This document shows positions 1-8,826 of a DNA stretch of 64,000 bases, one piece after another (the stretch's first letter is position 1; each line of letters opens with the position of its first letter). The DNA is taken from positions 1 to 64,000 of the IMG/VR virus record IMGVR_UViG_3300027861_000017; one strand, given 5' to 3'. Source of the stretch: a virus. The notes below the pieces were generated by a model that did not search any database, had not been told where the DNA came from, and saw nothing but the letters and a program-made list of their open reading frames with translations. A program made the position numbers and the translations under genes.

Positions 1-62
1 TTGCCCCAATTATTGTATGGGCTATTGCTTCCACCTGATGATGCAACATAAAAATTTGCCAT
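1..62 (-). CDS. 5' end of a probable virion fibre/beta-helix protein (runs off the window)
   Basis: ATG at 62-60 reads MANFYVASSGGSNSPYNNWG..., resembling the YVxxxG...PY..W starts of fibre/pectin-lyase-like proteins; only 20 codons are visible. Confidence 0.4.
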   Translation of the reverse strand, partial: MANFYVASSGGSNSPYNNWG

Positions 63-87
63 GTTTTAAAACCTTTATATTAAAAAT

Positions 88-152
88 GTGCTTGCCCCAC
101 CTCGCCAGCAAAGGAGGGGGGGGGGGTGCTGACTAAACGGCAGAGCAAGCAC
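88..152 (-). other. Intergenic long RNA hairpin with C-rich loop
   Basis: GUGCUUGCUCUGCC/GGUGGGGCAAGCAC stem, internal loop, GUCAGCA/UGCUGGC stem, loop C11UCCUU; the G-U pairs work only on the minus strand. Confidence 0.65.
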
Positions 153-164
153 TGGGGGAACTAT

Positions 165-599
165 TTAAGTAGTAGTCGTGCCTGTGATACCGTCTGCACC
201 ATCAATGTAAAATTCATACCTTCCACCAAACCCAACTTTATCAGTAGAGGTGGTAGGTGGTATTGTAATCATTATTCTCTCATTTACAAATGACCATGGC
301 ATATACAAACTAGATCCAACTGATACTCCTGATGTGGGAGATTGCATGCGTCTAGCTGGATAGAACCATTGTTCCGAGCTTCCAGGAAGGAAGTGACAAA
401 CCAAGAAATCAGCAGTCTTACGCACTCCAGCAGAAGATTGGTTCCTCACTACACTGAAAGGCAGCTTAGTAGTTGCTTCGAATCCAGTGGTAGGAACATA
501 CCTAATACCACTAAGTGTACCACTTACATAATCAGTTCTGGCCACAGAAGTGGTACCAGCAGTAGTCATTGTAAAGGTTATGTTTCTTTTATATAACAT
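165..599 (-). CDS. Ser/Thr-rich putative virion (head decoration) protein
   Basis: Lies in the structural module; beta-strand-like and T/S-rich; ends GITGTTTT. Confidence 0.5.
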   Translation of the reverse strand: MLYKRNITFTMTTAGTTSVARTDYVSGTLSGIRYVPTTGFEATTKLPFSVVRNQSSAGVRKTADFLVCHFLPGSSEQWFYPARRMQSPTSGVSVGSSLYMPWSFVNERIMITIPPTTSTDKVGFGGRYEFYIDGADGITGTTTT

Positions 600-612
600 T
601 ATTTAACCCTTT

Positions 613-1161
613 TTATTTTTTTAGTTTTTTTTTACCCCTGCCCTTGCCTCTACCCTTAACCGGAGTTGGCTCAGGTTCAGGAGTAGGCTCAGGAATTGGT
701 TCCGGTATAGGCTCAGGTTCAGGTTCAGGGATAGGTTCAGGGATAGGTTCCGGTTCTGGAGTTGGCTCAGGAACTACTGTAGTTGAGCTAGGAGCTACCC
801 ATGTAAAATTACCACTACCATCAACATTATATTCTAAAACTGATCCTGCACCGTCAGATAGAAATACATTACCAGCATCTATCCAGACCTTCTTACCATA
901 CACACCATGATCATCACCATCTATATAGACTAACTTCTGGTCAGGTGATACTGTGTATGACATTATGCCCATACTTCCGTTAGCTAGAAATGCGAAATCT
1001 CCAACAGTTATTTGTTCGGCGCAACCTCCCCTATTCTCAGAATGAAGAAAGGATACTGATGTGCTATTTTTGTTTGTGTATAATTCTATGCCCCTAGTCC
1101 CAGCAGCGTGATATAAATAAGAGCTTCCTACTACAAAGCCCATGTCTTCTAGTGTTCCCAT
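613..1161 (-). CDS. Protein with LVIVD-like beta repeats, Pro-Glu linker and basic C-terminus
   Basis: Repeats such as FAFLANGSMGIMSY and NVFLSDGAGSVLEY; (PEP[IT])n tract; KGRGKGRGKKKLKK tail. Confidence 0.5.
   Translation of the reverse strand: MGTLEDMGFVVGSSYLYHAAGTRGIELYTNKNSTSVSFLHSENRGGCAEQITVGDFAFLANGSMGIMSYTVSPDQKLVYIDGDDHGVYGKKVWIDAGNVFLSDGAGSVLEYNVDGSGNFTWVAPSSTTVVPEPTPEPEPIPEPIPEPEPEPIPEPIPEPTPEPEPTPVKGRGKGRGKKKLKK
660..772 (-). repeat. Coding tandem repeat (PEPT/PEPI/PEPE)
   Basis: Degenerate 6/12-nt repeats (tcaggttcaggg...) encoding VPEPTPEPEPIPEPIPEPEPEPIPEPIPEPTPEPEPTP. Confidence 0.9.
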
Positions 1162-1163
1162 AA

Positions 1164-2066
1164 TTAAACCTCATACCATTCATTACAAACGGTTATTCTA
1201 TTGTTATCTGCAACGGTATCATACCTTATTAAGTAATCTGTGTTTTGTTTCAATATAAATTCATCGCCCCTCTTAGTCGCTCCACCACTCTTCTTAGCAT
1301 CTGCCGCCATAATATTCACTAGTATATTGGTTCCGTCAGAAATAACTCCAGGATCTTCAAATATCTCTAAGGATGCTAAGCTTGTGCTATTTCTATCGTT
1401 ATTGTATGTTGTCAATAGTGTACCAGTTGAAGATGTAGCTGGGTCTTCGTAAAAGAATATAGTTCCAGCTAGAGCACTCACGGAATTAAATGTGAAATGT
1501 ATTCTAGTAGTTGAATTAGGTGATCTAACTAATAAATATTTATCACTGGCTTTATCAACATCTTCATCGTATACTTGGCATGTATAGTGTTTACCTTCAT
1601 GTATTTTATGATGTTCTAATTCTACAGTAACAAAATAACCCTCATCAGCACCGCCGCAAGCCTCAGTGTCAAATTCAGCCATGTTGCCATTTTTATCTCT
1701 AAGACGGGCATTGACACATCCAGGTTGAAAATCTATATCTGAAACACTACGAGCCAAAGCTTTTACTAGGAATTTAGTATCATTGCCAGTATGATTAAAT
1801 TTCACTTTCTTGATACCAGCATTATAGAAATTTTCAGCTTGACATGATCTTAAAGTTTGGGTATCACCAAACGTAGAACCATCCATACTTAATTGAAGAT
1901 TTAGATCGTAGTTGCCATAATTATATATAGCTAAACTATTAGCAAGCATAGTAGTACCGTTACCAGCTTGAGTTGTCAAATCTCCAGATATATCGTAAGT
2001 CAATGAGCTATTAGCAGCAGTGAAACCTGTACTCATATAAAATTTATAATGATTAGGACTGCTCAT
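1164..2066 (-). CDS. Putative virion structural protein; C-terminal domain paralogous to 2063..2707
   Basis: PATSSTGTLL...EDPGVISDG...GGATKRGDEFILK aligns by eye with PVTSSTGTNI...KDPTIINTG...GGSAKNRDARIIK. Confidence 0.55.
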   Translation of the reverse strand: MSSPNHYKFYMSTGFTAANSSLTYDISGDLTTQAGNGTTMLANSLAIYNYGNYDLNLQLSMDGSTFGDTQTLRSCQAENFYNAGIKKVKFNHTGNDTKFLVKALARSVSDIDFQPGCVNARLRDKNGNMAEFDTEACGGADEGYFVTVELEHHKIHEGKHYTCQVYDEDVDKASDKYLLVRSPNSTTRIHFTFNSVSALAGTIFFYEDPATSSTGTLLTTYNNDRNSTSLASLEIFEDPGVISDGTNILVNIMAADAKKSGGATKRGDEFILKQNTDYLIRYDTVADNNRITVCNEWYEV

Positions 2067-2707
2067 GGTTGTGTTTCCTCTTTAACATTTAACTCAAGGG
2101 TTGTATAATTACCATTAGCTCTAGATATAACCCTTAATAGAAATTTCAAACCAGTTTTTATTATCCTAGCATCTCTATTCTTGGCTGATCCACCGTCTTT
2201 AGCACCACTACCCCATCTCTCTTGGTAGGTAACGGGGGACGGTCCGGTATTAATTATAGTAGGATCTTTTAATAATTGAGATGCTGCTGTAGTTCCAGAA
2301 TCGCCATCGTAATTTCTTAATGGTATATTAGTTCCAGTACTAGATGTTACTGGATTAGCCCAAACTTGATATTCAGTTTCGGCCAAAGATGTTATATCTA
2401 TTTTAAAATAAGCTCTAATTCCTGCCGTAGATGGGGAAACATAATAAAAATCTTGAGCCTCATCTATACCAGCAGTCCAATAATAGTTACCAGAAAAAGC
2501 CTTCCCTTGCTTAGTTAAGCTATTTCCATAATCTATTACTGTAATACCTTGGCCTTCCTCAACTTGAACCCAACCGGTAGTAGTCCATTTATAGGTATCT
2601 TTGGTATCGTGTTCCCAGAAGGTAGCTCCAGCCAATTCTGGCGATGGTTTAACATCTGTAGAGCTACCTAAATAATATAAATTACTGTTTAACGTGTCTA
2701 TTGTCAT
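2063..2707 (-). CDS. Putative virion structural protein
   Basis: N-terminal YLGSSTDVKPS...GATFWEHDTKDTYKW module seen in phage structural proteins; paralog of the adjacent gene. Confidence 0.55.
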   Translation of the reverse strand: MTIDTLNSNLYYLGSSTDVKPSPELAGATFWEHDTKDTYKWTTTGWVQVEEGQGITVIDYGNSLTKQGKAFSGNYYWTAGIDEAQDFYYVSPSTAGIRAYFKIDITSLAETEYQVWANPVTSSTGTNIPLRNYDGDSGTTAASQLLKDPTIINTGPSPVTYQERWGSGAKDGGSAKNRDARIIKTGLKFLLRVISRANGNYTTLELNVKEETQP

Positions 2708-2735
2708 ATCTTTTCATATTCGCAACATTATTAAT

Positions 2736-4052
2736 TTAAGATGCTGGAATCTTTGCTATATCATCCTGTGGTCGAATTTCCTTAGCATTTCCCATCCAGC
2801 ATTGTTCTACATAACTCATATTATCAAGAGCACCCTGCAACTGTGCTGCTTGTTCCTTAAACCCTTCACATTCAGATCTCATCCCATTGATATTCTGTGT
2901 CAACTCATCCACTCTAGCACATGTATCTTTATACATAGGAGTGTTGGGGTCCATTTGGCCTTTAAGACCGGTGAGACTGTTAACTTCTCCAGCAAGATGT
3001 TCTGCTTCGCTTCTGATTTGTTCAAAGCTGCTCCTAGCTTGGTTAATTCTCTGCTGAAGCTCTTGCCTCCTGGAGTCCATTTTAACTCTCATGGAGCAAT
3101 CACTCTCGAATGGATACATCCACATAGCTTTAAGTAGATCGCATTTCTCTGGGACGTAAACTTTTATGCCCATACCACGAGCTATACCTACAAAGTACTC
3201 AACAGACGGTCTTTGGTATGAGTATTCGTTGCCCATTCCAAAACCACCCTGAGCCATGTCAACACCATAAATATGGATATGCTCAAAACCTTTACCGCCA
3301 TGCTCTCGTGCTAAAGCAGTCTCAAGTATGGCCATTACTAACATCCAACTTATAGAGTTAGTAAAGTAAGTACCGTACCTACTCGTTATCATATCTTTAA
3401 TACATGGAGCACCATCCTTACCCTCTAGAAATGGTACACTCATTGGAATCTCAGGTACAAGGTGTTGCATGTAACACATTACACCAAATTCACTTAATCT
3501 ATCCCCTAGCCATGCGTGATGGCTGTGATCTCTTCCTACAGCAGCTTCGTAATCGTGTTTGTGATGTATCTGGAACCAACGAGTAACCTTTTTCATGAAA
3601 TCTTCTTGGTTCGGTCTCCAAGCTATATAAAGCTGATTCAATCCCCATATTTCTACATCATCCTGGTCAAAGAGGTATTTAACATCAAACATGCTGCTTG
3701 GTGCAAAGCCTACTATTGCTACCTTATTCTTATCTCTGTAAAGAGGCTTACCATCGTCAGTCAACCATTCTGACCCAACTATGGGACCATCTCCTCCGGA
3801 CTTAGATCCTATGCATAGCTTTGGTTGTACTATCTTAGTATCTTTTACTATGATATCCTCTTTTGGTATATCGACTATAAGGTTACTTCTCTTAGGCTTC
3901 GATGTACCTCTTTCGTTCATCTTACTTTTTATCAACTCTAAGAGATCTGCTTTAGTGCGTTTCTTGGCACCCTTTATGTTGAATGCGTCTTGTGCTACTT
4001 GGATCAATTCCACCTTCGTCATTGTGTCGATATCCCTTACATTACTCTCCAT
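2736..4052 (-). CDS. Putative nonulosonate/sialyl-type glycosyltransferase (CstII GT42/GT29/Maf-like fold) with Rho-N-like N-terminal helical domain and C-terminal coiled coil
   Basis: KVAIVGFAPS...EIWGLNQLY...NSISWMLVMAI...FEHIHIYGVDM parallels, as recalled, CstII KVIIAGNGPS...VFRCNQFY...TSGVYMCAVAI..GYKEIYLSGIDF; MTKVELIQVA...TKADLLELI is Rho-N-like; start moved to the ATG after the GGGAGGGG RBS. Confidence 0.6.
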   Translation of the reverse strand: MESNVRDIDTMTKVELIQVAQDAFNIKGAKKRTKADLLELIKSKMNERGTSKPKRSNLIVDIPKEDIIVKDTKIVQPKLCIGSKSGGDGPIVGSEWLTDDGKPLYRDKNKVAIVGFAPSSMFDVKYLFDQDDVEIWGLNQLYIAWRPNQEDFMKKVTRWFQIHHKHDYEAAVGRDHSHHAWLGDRLSEFGVMCYMQHLVPEIPMSVPFLEGKDGAPCIKDMITSRYGTYFTNSISWMLVMAILETALAREHGGKGFEHIHIYGVDMAQGGFGMGNEYSYQRPSVEYFVGIARGMGIKVYVPEKCDLLKAMWMYPFESDCSMRVKMDSRRQELQQRINQARSSFEQIRSEAEHLAGEVNSLTGLKGQMDPNTPMYKDTCARVDELTQNINGMRSECEGFKEQAAQLQGALDNMSYVEQCWMGNAKEIRPQDDIAKIPAS

Positions 4053-4078
4053 GATAGTTTCCCCTCCCATAAAAAATT

Positions 4079-4114
4079 AAAAGTAATGTGACCCCACAAT
4101 TAAGTAGGGCCACA
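4079..4114 (-). terminator. Probable intrinsic terminator
   Basis: UGUGGCCCUAC-UUAAUU-GUGGGGUCACA followed by UUACUUUU. Confidence 0.6.
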
Positions 4115-4121
4115 ACATGTA

Positions 4122-4619
4122 CTAAGTTGAACTTGAAACAGTATACTTGACTCCAAAATTCTGCGTAGTAGGTACAGCTACAGTAGATAATAGCCATTGA
4201 GAACTATTAAGCGCATTAAGATTTAGCGTTAAACTATCACTAATTGCTGATGTAACTGCGTTAGTAGATACTGCTACAACGCATGCACTAGAATTAGCAC
4301 TATAAATTCTTACTGGATATGCATTTACTGCACCAGTAGAAAACCTGATAGCACAAGGAGCTGAAGATATTTTAACTATTCGTTTAACATCTCCAGCAGT
4401 TGGAGTTTTCATTAAGAAAACTTGTTTGATTGTATTGTTAAGTATTGACACACCGGTAGGGCTAAGAGTAGCATTACCTGATGTATGAACAACTATGTTT
4501 TTATTTCTTATGACACCACTAGATTCCAGCTCTATTGACGCACCATCAGGGACTATTAAGTCTCCATCTTGGGAATTATATACTCGCCCATTGTGGTGTC
4601 CTACTTCTGTACTAGCCAT
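4122..4619 (-). CDS. Ser/Thr-rich putative head decoration/fibre protein
   Basis: Position downstream of the capsid gene; RVYNSQDGDLIVPDGASIELESSG start; ends VSSST. Confidence 0.5.
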   Translation of the reverse strand: MASTEVGHHNGRVYNSQDGDLIVPDGASIELESSGVIRNKNIVVHTSGNATLSPTGVSILNNTIKQVFLMKTPTAGDVKRIVKISSAPCAIRFSTGAVNAYPVRIYSANSSACVVAVSTNAVTSAISDSLTLNLNALNSSQWLLSTVAVPTTQNFGVKYTVSSST

Positions 4620-4654
4620 AGTATGACCTCCATTGAAAAATTGTTAAACCCAGG

Positions 4655-4704
4655 AGGGAGCAATTGGATGACCGAGCATTCCCAGTCCGAACCAACTACT
4701 CCCT
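4655..4704 (-). other. Intergenic long RNA hairpin (possible RNase III or stability element)
   Basis: AGGGAGUAGUUGG/CCAAUUGCUCCCU stem, 4x2 internal loop, GACUGGG-AAUG-CUCGGUC; G-U pairs are minus-strand specific. Confidence 0.6.
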
Positions 4705-4711
4705 TAGAATG

Positions 4712-5173
4712 CTAGGTTGATGGGCCTACAAGAAGTGCAGACTGATCTATAAGAGTAGAATCATATAGACTTGTTGCTCCAGGTCTACGAACTCCATATT
4801 TTATAACAGTACCAGACAGACCAAGACCAGACGTATTGGTAATGGCAAATCTTATGTACTCTTTATCTGGTTTGTAAACATCCAGAAATACAGTCTTACC
4901 TTCGGCGGTATCTCTACCCTTGTTGCCTGATGTTACGGCTACTACTGTGGTAGATCCCATATTGACGAAAGTTCCAGCAGAGTCAGTAGATCCCTGAACC
5001 CTAAGAAACATTGTTTTACTGTTAACAGGCTCGAAATCTGTAGAACCTCTGAAAATATAAACAGCACCTTCTGCGTCTCTCATGTCTATAACACCAGAGA
5101 AGATAGTGCTTGTTACACCTATGCTACCCAGACCGGTGTCTGGTAGTACAACGCAATTATCACGAAAATTCAT
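4712..5173 (-). CDS. Putative capsid decoration/cement protein
   Basis: First structural gene after the MCP once the HEG is ignored; beta-sandwich-like, GVIDMRDAEGAVY...KEYIRF; GGAGG RBS before ATG 5173. Confidence 0.55.
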   Translation of the reverse strand: MNFRDNCVVLPDTGLGSIGVTSTIFSGVIDMRDAEGAVYIFRGSTDFEPVNSKTMFLRVQGSTDSAGTFVNMGSTTVVAVTSGNKGRDTAEGKTVFLDVYKPDKEYIRFAITNTSGLGLSGTVIKYGVRRPGATSLYDSTLIDQSALLVGPST

Positions 5174-5202
5174 CTTTTTTGCCTCCAAAGAAGAAATTAT
5201 TG

Positions 5203-6030
5203 TTATTGTTTGATTCTTATAAACTTAAAATCTTTATAATGGTTTTCTATGGCTTGTTGCCTTTTTACATCCTTATCTCTAAGACTCCCGTCAGAAAGAA
5301 AATGATGAGACTCATCCCATTCCATTATTAATTTTATATCTTTATTAAAATAGTCGAGCCAGTATCCAAGTTCTGGTATGAAATGTTCACCGCCGTTAGT
5401 GGCGTGTCTTCCTTCTATACCGTGTACAATATCAAAACATCTAAAGAATTCACAAGCTTTTGGGTTGTATTGAATATATCCGTTGCTATGAACAGCGGAA
5501 CATTGTCTACAACAATATCGTCTGCCTTGTATTGCTTGCCTCCTAGATAACTTATTATCGCAATCTGGATTGTCGCAATCAGGTATTTTTATATCAAACC
5601 TTCTTCTTCTATTCAATTCTGCTGTTGAGCAGCTTCTAGAACAATGAACGGTTCCCAATTTCACTTGAAAAAGATCTAAGAAATTTTCACAACCTTGAGC
5701 AACGCATTGAATATCCGATAATTGATTGCTCAATTCATCGTTTTTAGCTTTCGCTTTTTGGTGATATTCTTTTTGCTTGTGGGGATTTTTATGTCCCCAC
5801 TCTTTACGTTGTTCGTTTCCCTTATCTTTATTTTCTTCACGATAAGCTTTACGTTTATCTGAGTTGTCGATATTATAATCTCTAACTCTCTGCTTAATAG
5901 ATTCTTTATTAGCTTGGTAATACTCTTTACTTTTAGCTGATAATTTATCTTTATTTGCTTCACAGTAACGCTTATTTTGAATTCTTTTCTTTTCTTTTTT
6001 CAACTGTTCTTTAGATAATGACTCGTTCAT
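5203..6030 (-). CDS. Free-standing homing-type endonuclease (Vsr/DUF559-like PD-(D/E)xK domain with Zn fingers)
   Basis: Basic helical repeats, CSRSC and CCRQC Zn motifs, C-terminal GYWLDYF...IMEWDESHHF...DVKRQ. Confidence 0.7.
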   Translation of the reverse strand: MNESLSKEQLKKEKKRIQNKRYCEANKDKLSAKSKEYYQANKESIKQRVRDYNIDNSDKRKAYREENKDKGNEQRKEWGHKNPHKQKEYHQKAKAKNDELSNQLSDIQCVAQGCENFLDLFQVKLGTVHCSRSCSTAELNRRRRFDIKIPDCDNPDCDNKLSRRQAIQGRRYCCRQCSAVHSNGYIQYNPKACEFFRCFDIVHGIEGRHATNGGEHFIPELGYWLDYFNKDIKLIMEWDESHHFLSDGSLRDKDVKRQQAIENHYKDFKFIRIKQ

Positions 6031-6037
6031 ATTTTAC

Positions 6038-7363
6038 TTATCCCAATGTTACGCGGCTGAACGCTTCGGATAACACAACCATCCCGTCGGTCTCAAGAAG
6101 TACCCTAAAAGCCACCTGATAAGTATCGGCATAACGCTCATCTAACCTTCTAATCTGAAGATCAAGGGAATCAGCAATGTGATACCATTTGAAGTCTCCA
6201 AATATTCCAACATACTGTCCGGTAGTGAAAGTATTAGGAGCATACTCACTCATAAAGAATGGTCTATCAAGAATAGTGTCTGGACGATCTGAAGCTAGAC
6301 CTGCTCTCCATAGATAATCACCATCATTGCCTTTGAGTTTTCTTATGTCCCTGATAGCATCCCTATGGAAAATCCAAGATCCACTATTCATATACTGTCC
6401 CTTAACATTGTACTTGCAATTAATAAGACCATCGGCCTTTATTTGGGTAGCAGTATTTCCAGTTGCAATATCCCTATCAGTGTTAAGACCAGCAGCACTA
6501 GCTATGAATATACCTAGGGGCTTATTTGCTCCTGAACCTAACATAAATGCCTTCTCAGCACCTTCAGCAGCCTTATGGGACATTCTCTCTATAACCTTAC
6601 CTTCCACATCTATAGCACCCATCCTGAGCAATTTCTCAGAAAGTTTGATCATACCATGTAGGGGATGAGGATAAAGCTCTCTCTTGTCAAAATTCATCTG
6701 AGTGTCATCTGGAGGTGTTTGTGTCTCATTTCCCCATACGAAATCATCAGGATCGTTATCAAGAGCAACTTCACCAAGACTCATAGCCTTTGGAAGTGTA
6801 TGTACTGTACCTAGTTGCTTCATGAATAGTTCATCATCTACTTTCTGAATTATCTTAGATACCATTTGTTCCGGCATTATTAAATAACCCGCCTGAGTAT
6901 CATTGTTAGCCTGAAGGTTTCTCATCTCTGATTCATTCATGCCTTCTCTACAATACTGAACCATAGCATCTCTGTATTCCTGAGTAGCATAAGCATTATT
7001 GTTCATAATACGATGTGCTCTGAATGCAGTCCTGTATCTTTCAGGAATATGGTCCATACTTATATTTCTATCTTCAGTATCATTGTCCCCTGAAGTAGGT
7101 TTGATTGGAGTATACTGAGCTTTCTCCATCTCTTCTTTGCGAGCCTCAAGATCAGCAGTACGTTTCTCACTAGCTGCCTGAGTTTTCTTATGATCATCAA
7201 TCTGGGCTGTGAATGAATCAAAATCAACATTCGCTTTATCCCAAGTCTCCAACTCCTCTGGAGTTAGTTCTCTCTTCTCTGTAAGAGCCACGTTATTCAG
7301 ATCTTCCTGAATCTTAACGACCTTATTACGCTCATCATAAACGGCTTTTATATCTATAGGCAT
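6038..7363 (-). CDS. HK97-family major capsid protein with N-terminal delta (scaffold) domain
   Basis: Coiled-coil N-terminus; AGYLIMPE, FMLGSGANKPLGI, LKGNDGDYLW, IFGDFKWY, DGMVVLSEAF motifs. Confidence 0.95.
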   Translation of the reverse strand: MPIDIKAVYDERNKVVKIQEDLNNVALTEKRELTPEELETWDKANVDFDSFTAQIDDHKKTQAASEKRTADLEARKEEMEKAQYTPIKPTSGDNDTEDRNISMDHIPERYRTAFRAHRIMNNNAYATQEYRDAMVQYCREGMNESEMRNLQANNDTQAGYLIMPEQMVSKIIQKVDDELFMKQLGTVHTLPKAMSLGEVALDNDPDDFVWGNETQTPPDDTQMNFDKRELYPHPLHGMIKLSEKLLRMGAIDVEGKVIERMSHKAAEGAEKAFMLGSGANKPLGIFIASAAGLNTDRDIATGNTATQIKADGLINCKYNVKGQYMNSGSWIFHRDAIRDIRKLKGNDGDYLWRAGLASDRPDTILDRPFFMSEYAPNTFTTGQYVGIFGDFKWYHIADSLDLQIRRLDERYADTYQVAFRVLLETDGMVVLSEAFSRVTLG

Positions 7364-7367
7364 TTTA

Positions 7368-8594
7368 TTAAAACTCCTCTAATGTTATATGTTTCTTTTT
7401 TAGTTGAACTTCTCTGTCTCTTTGCTTAGCTAGAATCTCTGCTTCAGATGGCTTCTGCTCATCATCGCTATTATTCTCATCCTCATTGACGTTCTCGTCT
7501 GAGGCTTGTTGGTTATCGTTTACTTCATCGTTACTACTATCATCACCATCAACGTTCTCGTTAGATGGATCGCTTTCATCCTTACTATCGTCTTCCAAAG
7601 GTTCTACTTTGGTATCGTCTTCAATTTTAACTTCCTTGCTTTCTTGTTCTACTGTGACATTCAACTTTAGATTGACTGGCACATCTAGATTAATTTTCTG
7701 TTCTTGTTTATCTTCTACTGCTTCGTCTTTCTTATCTTTAGGATTAGTAACTTCTGTTCCGTCTTCTGGATTAGTTACTTCTGTTCCGTCAACATTTTTG
7801 TTAGGTGCTTTGGAATCATCTTTGATATCATCTGGGATCTTTACAGTCTCATCATCCCTATTAGTCCATACACTCAATGACCTAAGAGCTAGGTTAGTAT
7901 CTGGATAAGCAGGAAATAAAACCTGAGAACCATCAAATATAGATGAGCAACCTCCAGGCTTCAATGTCCTTATTGGCATACCATCTTTATCGTTTTCCCA
8001 TCTATCTCCATCTTGATTAGTTCTAAATCCGAATGAATTACCTTTGATGACTTTCTTTTCTATCGGGATTAGTACCATATCTCTTATAGTATTTGTAACG
8101 AGTGGTGTTAGTTTATATCGCAAACCAACTTCATCTTCCCAAACTTCCAATTTACCTTCTGGGCCTGGGGCAGATTCTCTACCTAAAGGATAATTCTGAT
8201 CATGATTAAATAGATCTATAACATCGCTACCTTGCAATGCGTCTCTAAAAAAACCTTTCTCTATTTGCTCTCTGAATCCACCAAGATCTCCAGATAATTT
8301 ACCAAATTTAGCATAATACCCTTCTATGACAGGTAAATCATTGTCATCTTTGGCAACCCTTATCTCTGCGTCTGTCTGAGGAGTAAATCTTCTCTCAATC
8401 CCATCTATTTTAAACTTCTCTTTATCGACTGCCATATTTCCTCTTGATTTTTTATTTTTATCTTTCCAACTCACATTACATATAGCGAGTCTTTGTTTAT
8501 TATCAGTATATTCTGTATTCATCTTGTCATCGCTCATGCAACGTTCTATGAATTTATCTTTGTCTTCATTTTTTTTTGGTTTTGGTATTGGCAT
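7368..8594 (-). CDS. HK97-family prohead protease with acidic C-terminal extension
   Basis: IEGYYAKF, FREQIEKGFF, LFNHD, SFGF, VLFPAYPDT motifs; likely start MPIPKPK at 8594. Confidence 0.9.
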   Translation of the reverse strand: MPIPKPKKNEDKDKFIERCMSDDKMNTEYTDNKQRLAICNVSWKDKNKKSRGNMAVDKEKFKIDGIERRFTPQTDAEIRVAKDDNDLPVIEGYYAKFGKLSGDLGGFREQIEKGFFRDALQGSDVIDLFNHDQNYPLGRESAPGPEGKLEVWEDEVGLRYKLTPLVTNTIRDMVLIPIEKKVIKGNSFGFRTNQDGDRWENDKDGMPIRTLKPGGCSSIFDGSQVLFPAYPDTNLALRSLSVWTNRDDETVKIPDDIKDDSKAPNKNVDGTEVTNPEDGTEVTNPKDKKDEAVEDKQEQKINLDVPVNLKLNVTVEQESKEVKIEDDTKVEPLEDDSKDESDPSNENVDGDDSSNDEVNDNQQASDENVNEDENNSDDEQKPSEAEILAKQRDREVQLKKKHITLEEF

Positions 8595-8826
8595 TTTTAC
8601 TTCCCTTTGGTCTGCCACGTTTCTTCTGGGGTTTCGGTGTAGGAATCTCCAATCCACCACCACCCTTTTTGCAAGCATATTCTTGCATAGCTATAGCTGC
8701 TTCATCGTGGGCTTCCATTCTTTTTTGGAATCCTTCTAAAAGTTCTCTTATAGCTTTAAGCTCTCTCCATATATCAATTCCGTATTCCCCACACATACTC
8801 CCCTCCATTATGGTTACATTCTTCAC
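8566..8826 (-). CDS. Small protein with AT-hook-like motif
   Basis: KKRGRPKGSKN at the C-terminus. Confidence 0.45.
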   Translation of the reverse strand: MKNVTIMEGSMCGEYGIDIWRELKAIRELLEGFQKRMEAHDEAAIAMQEYACKKGGGGLEIPTPKPQKKRGRPKGSKNANTKTKKK

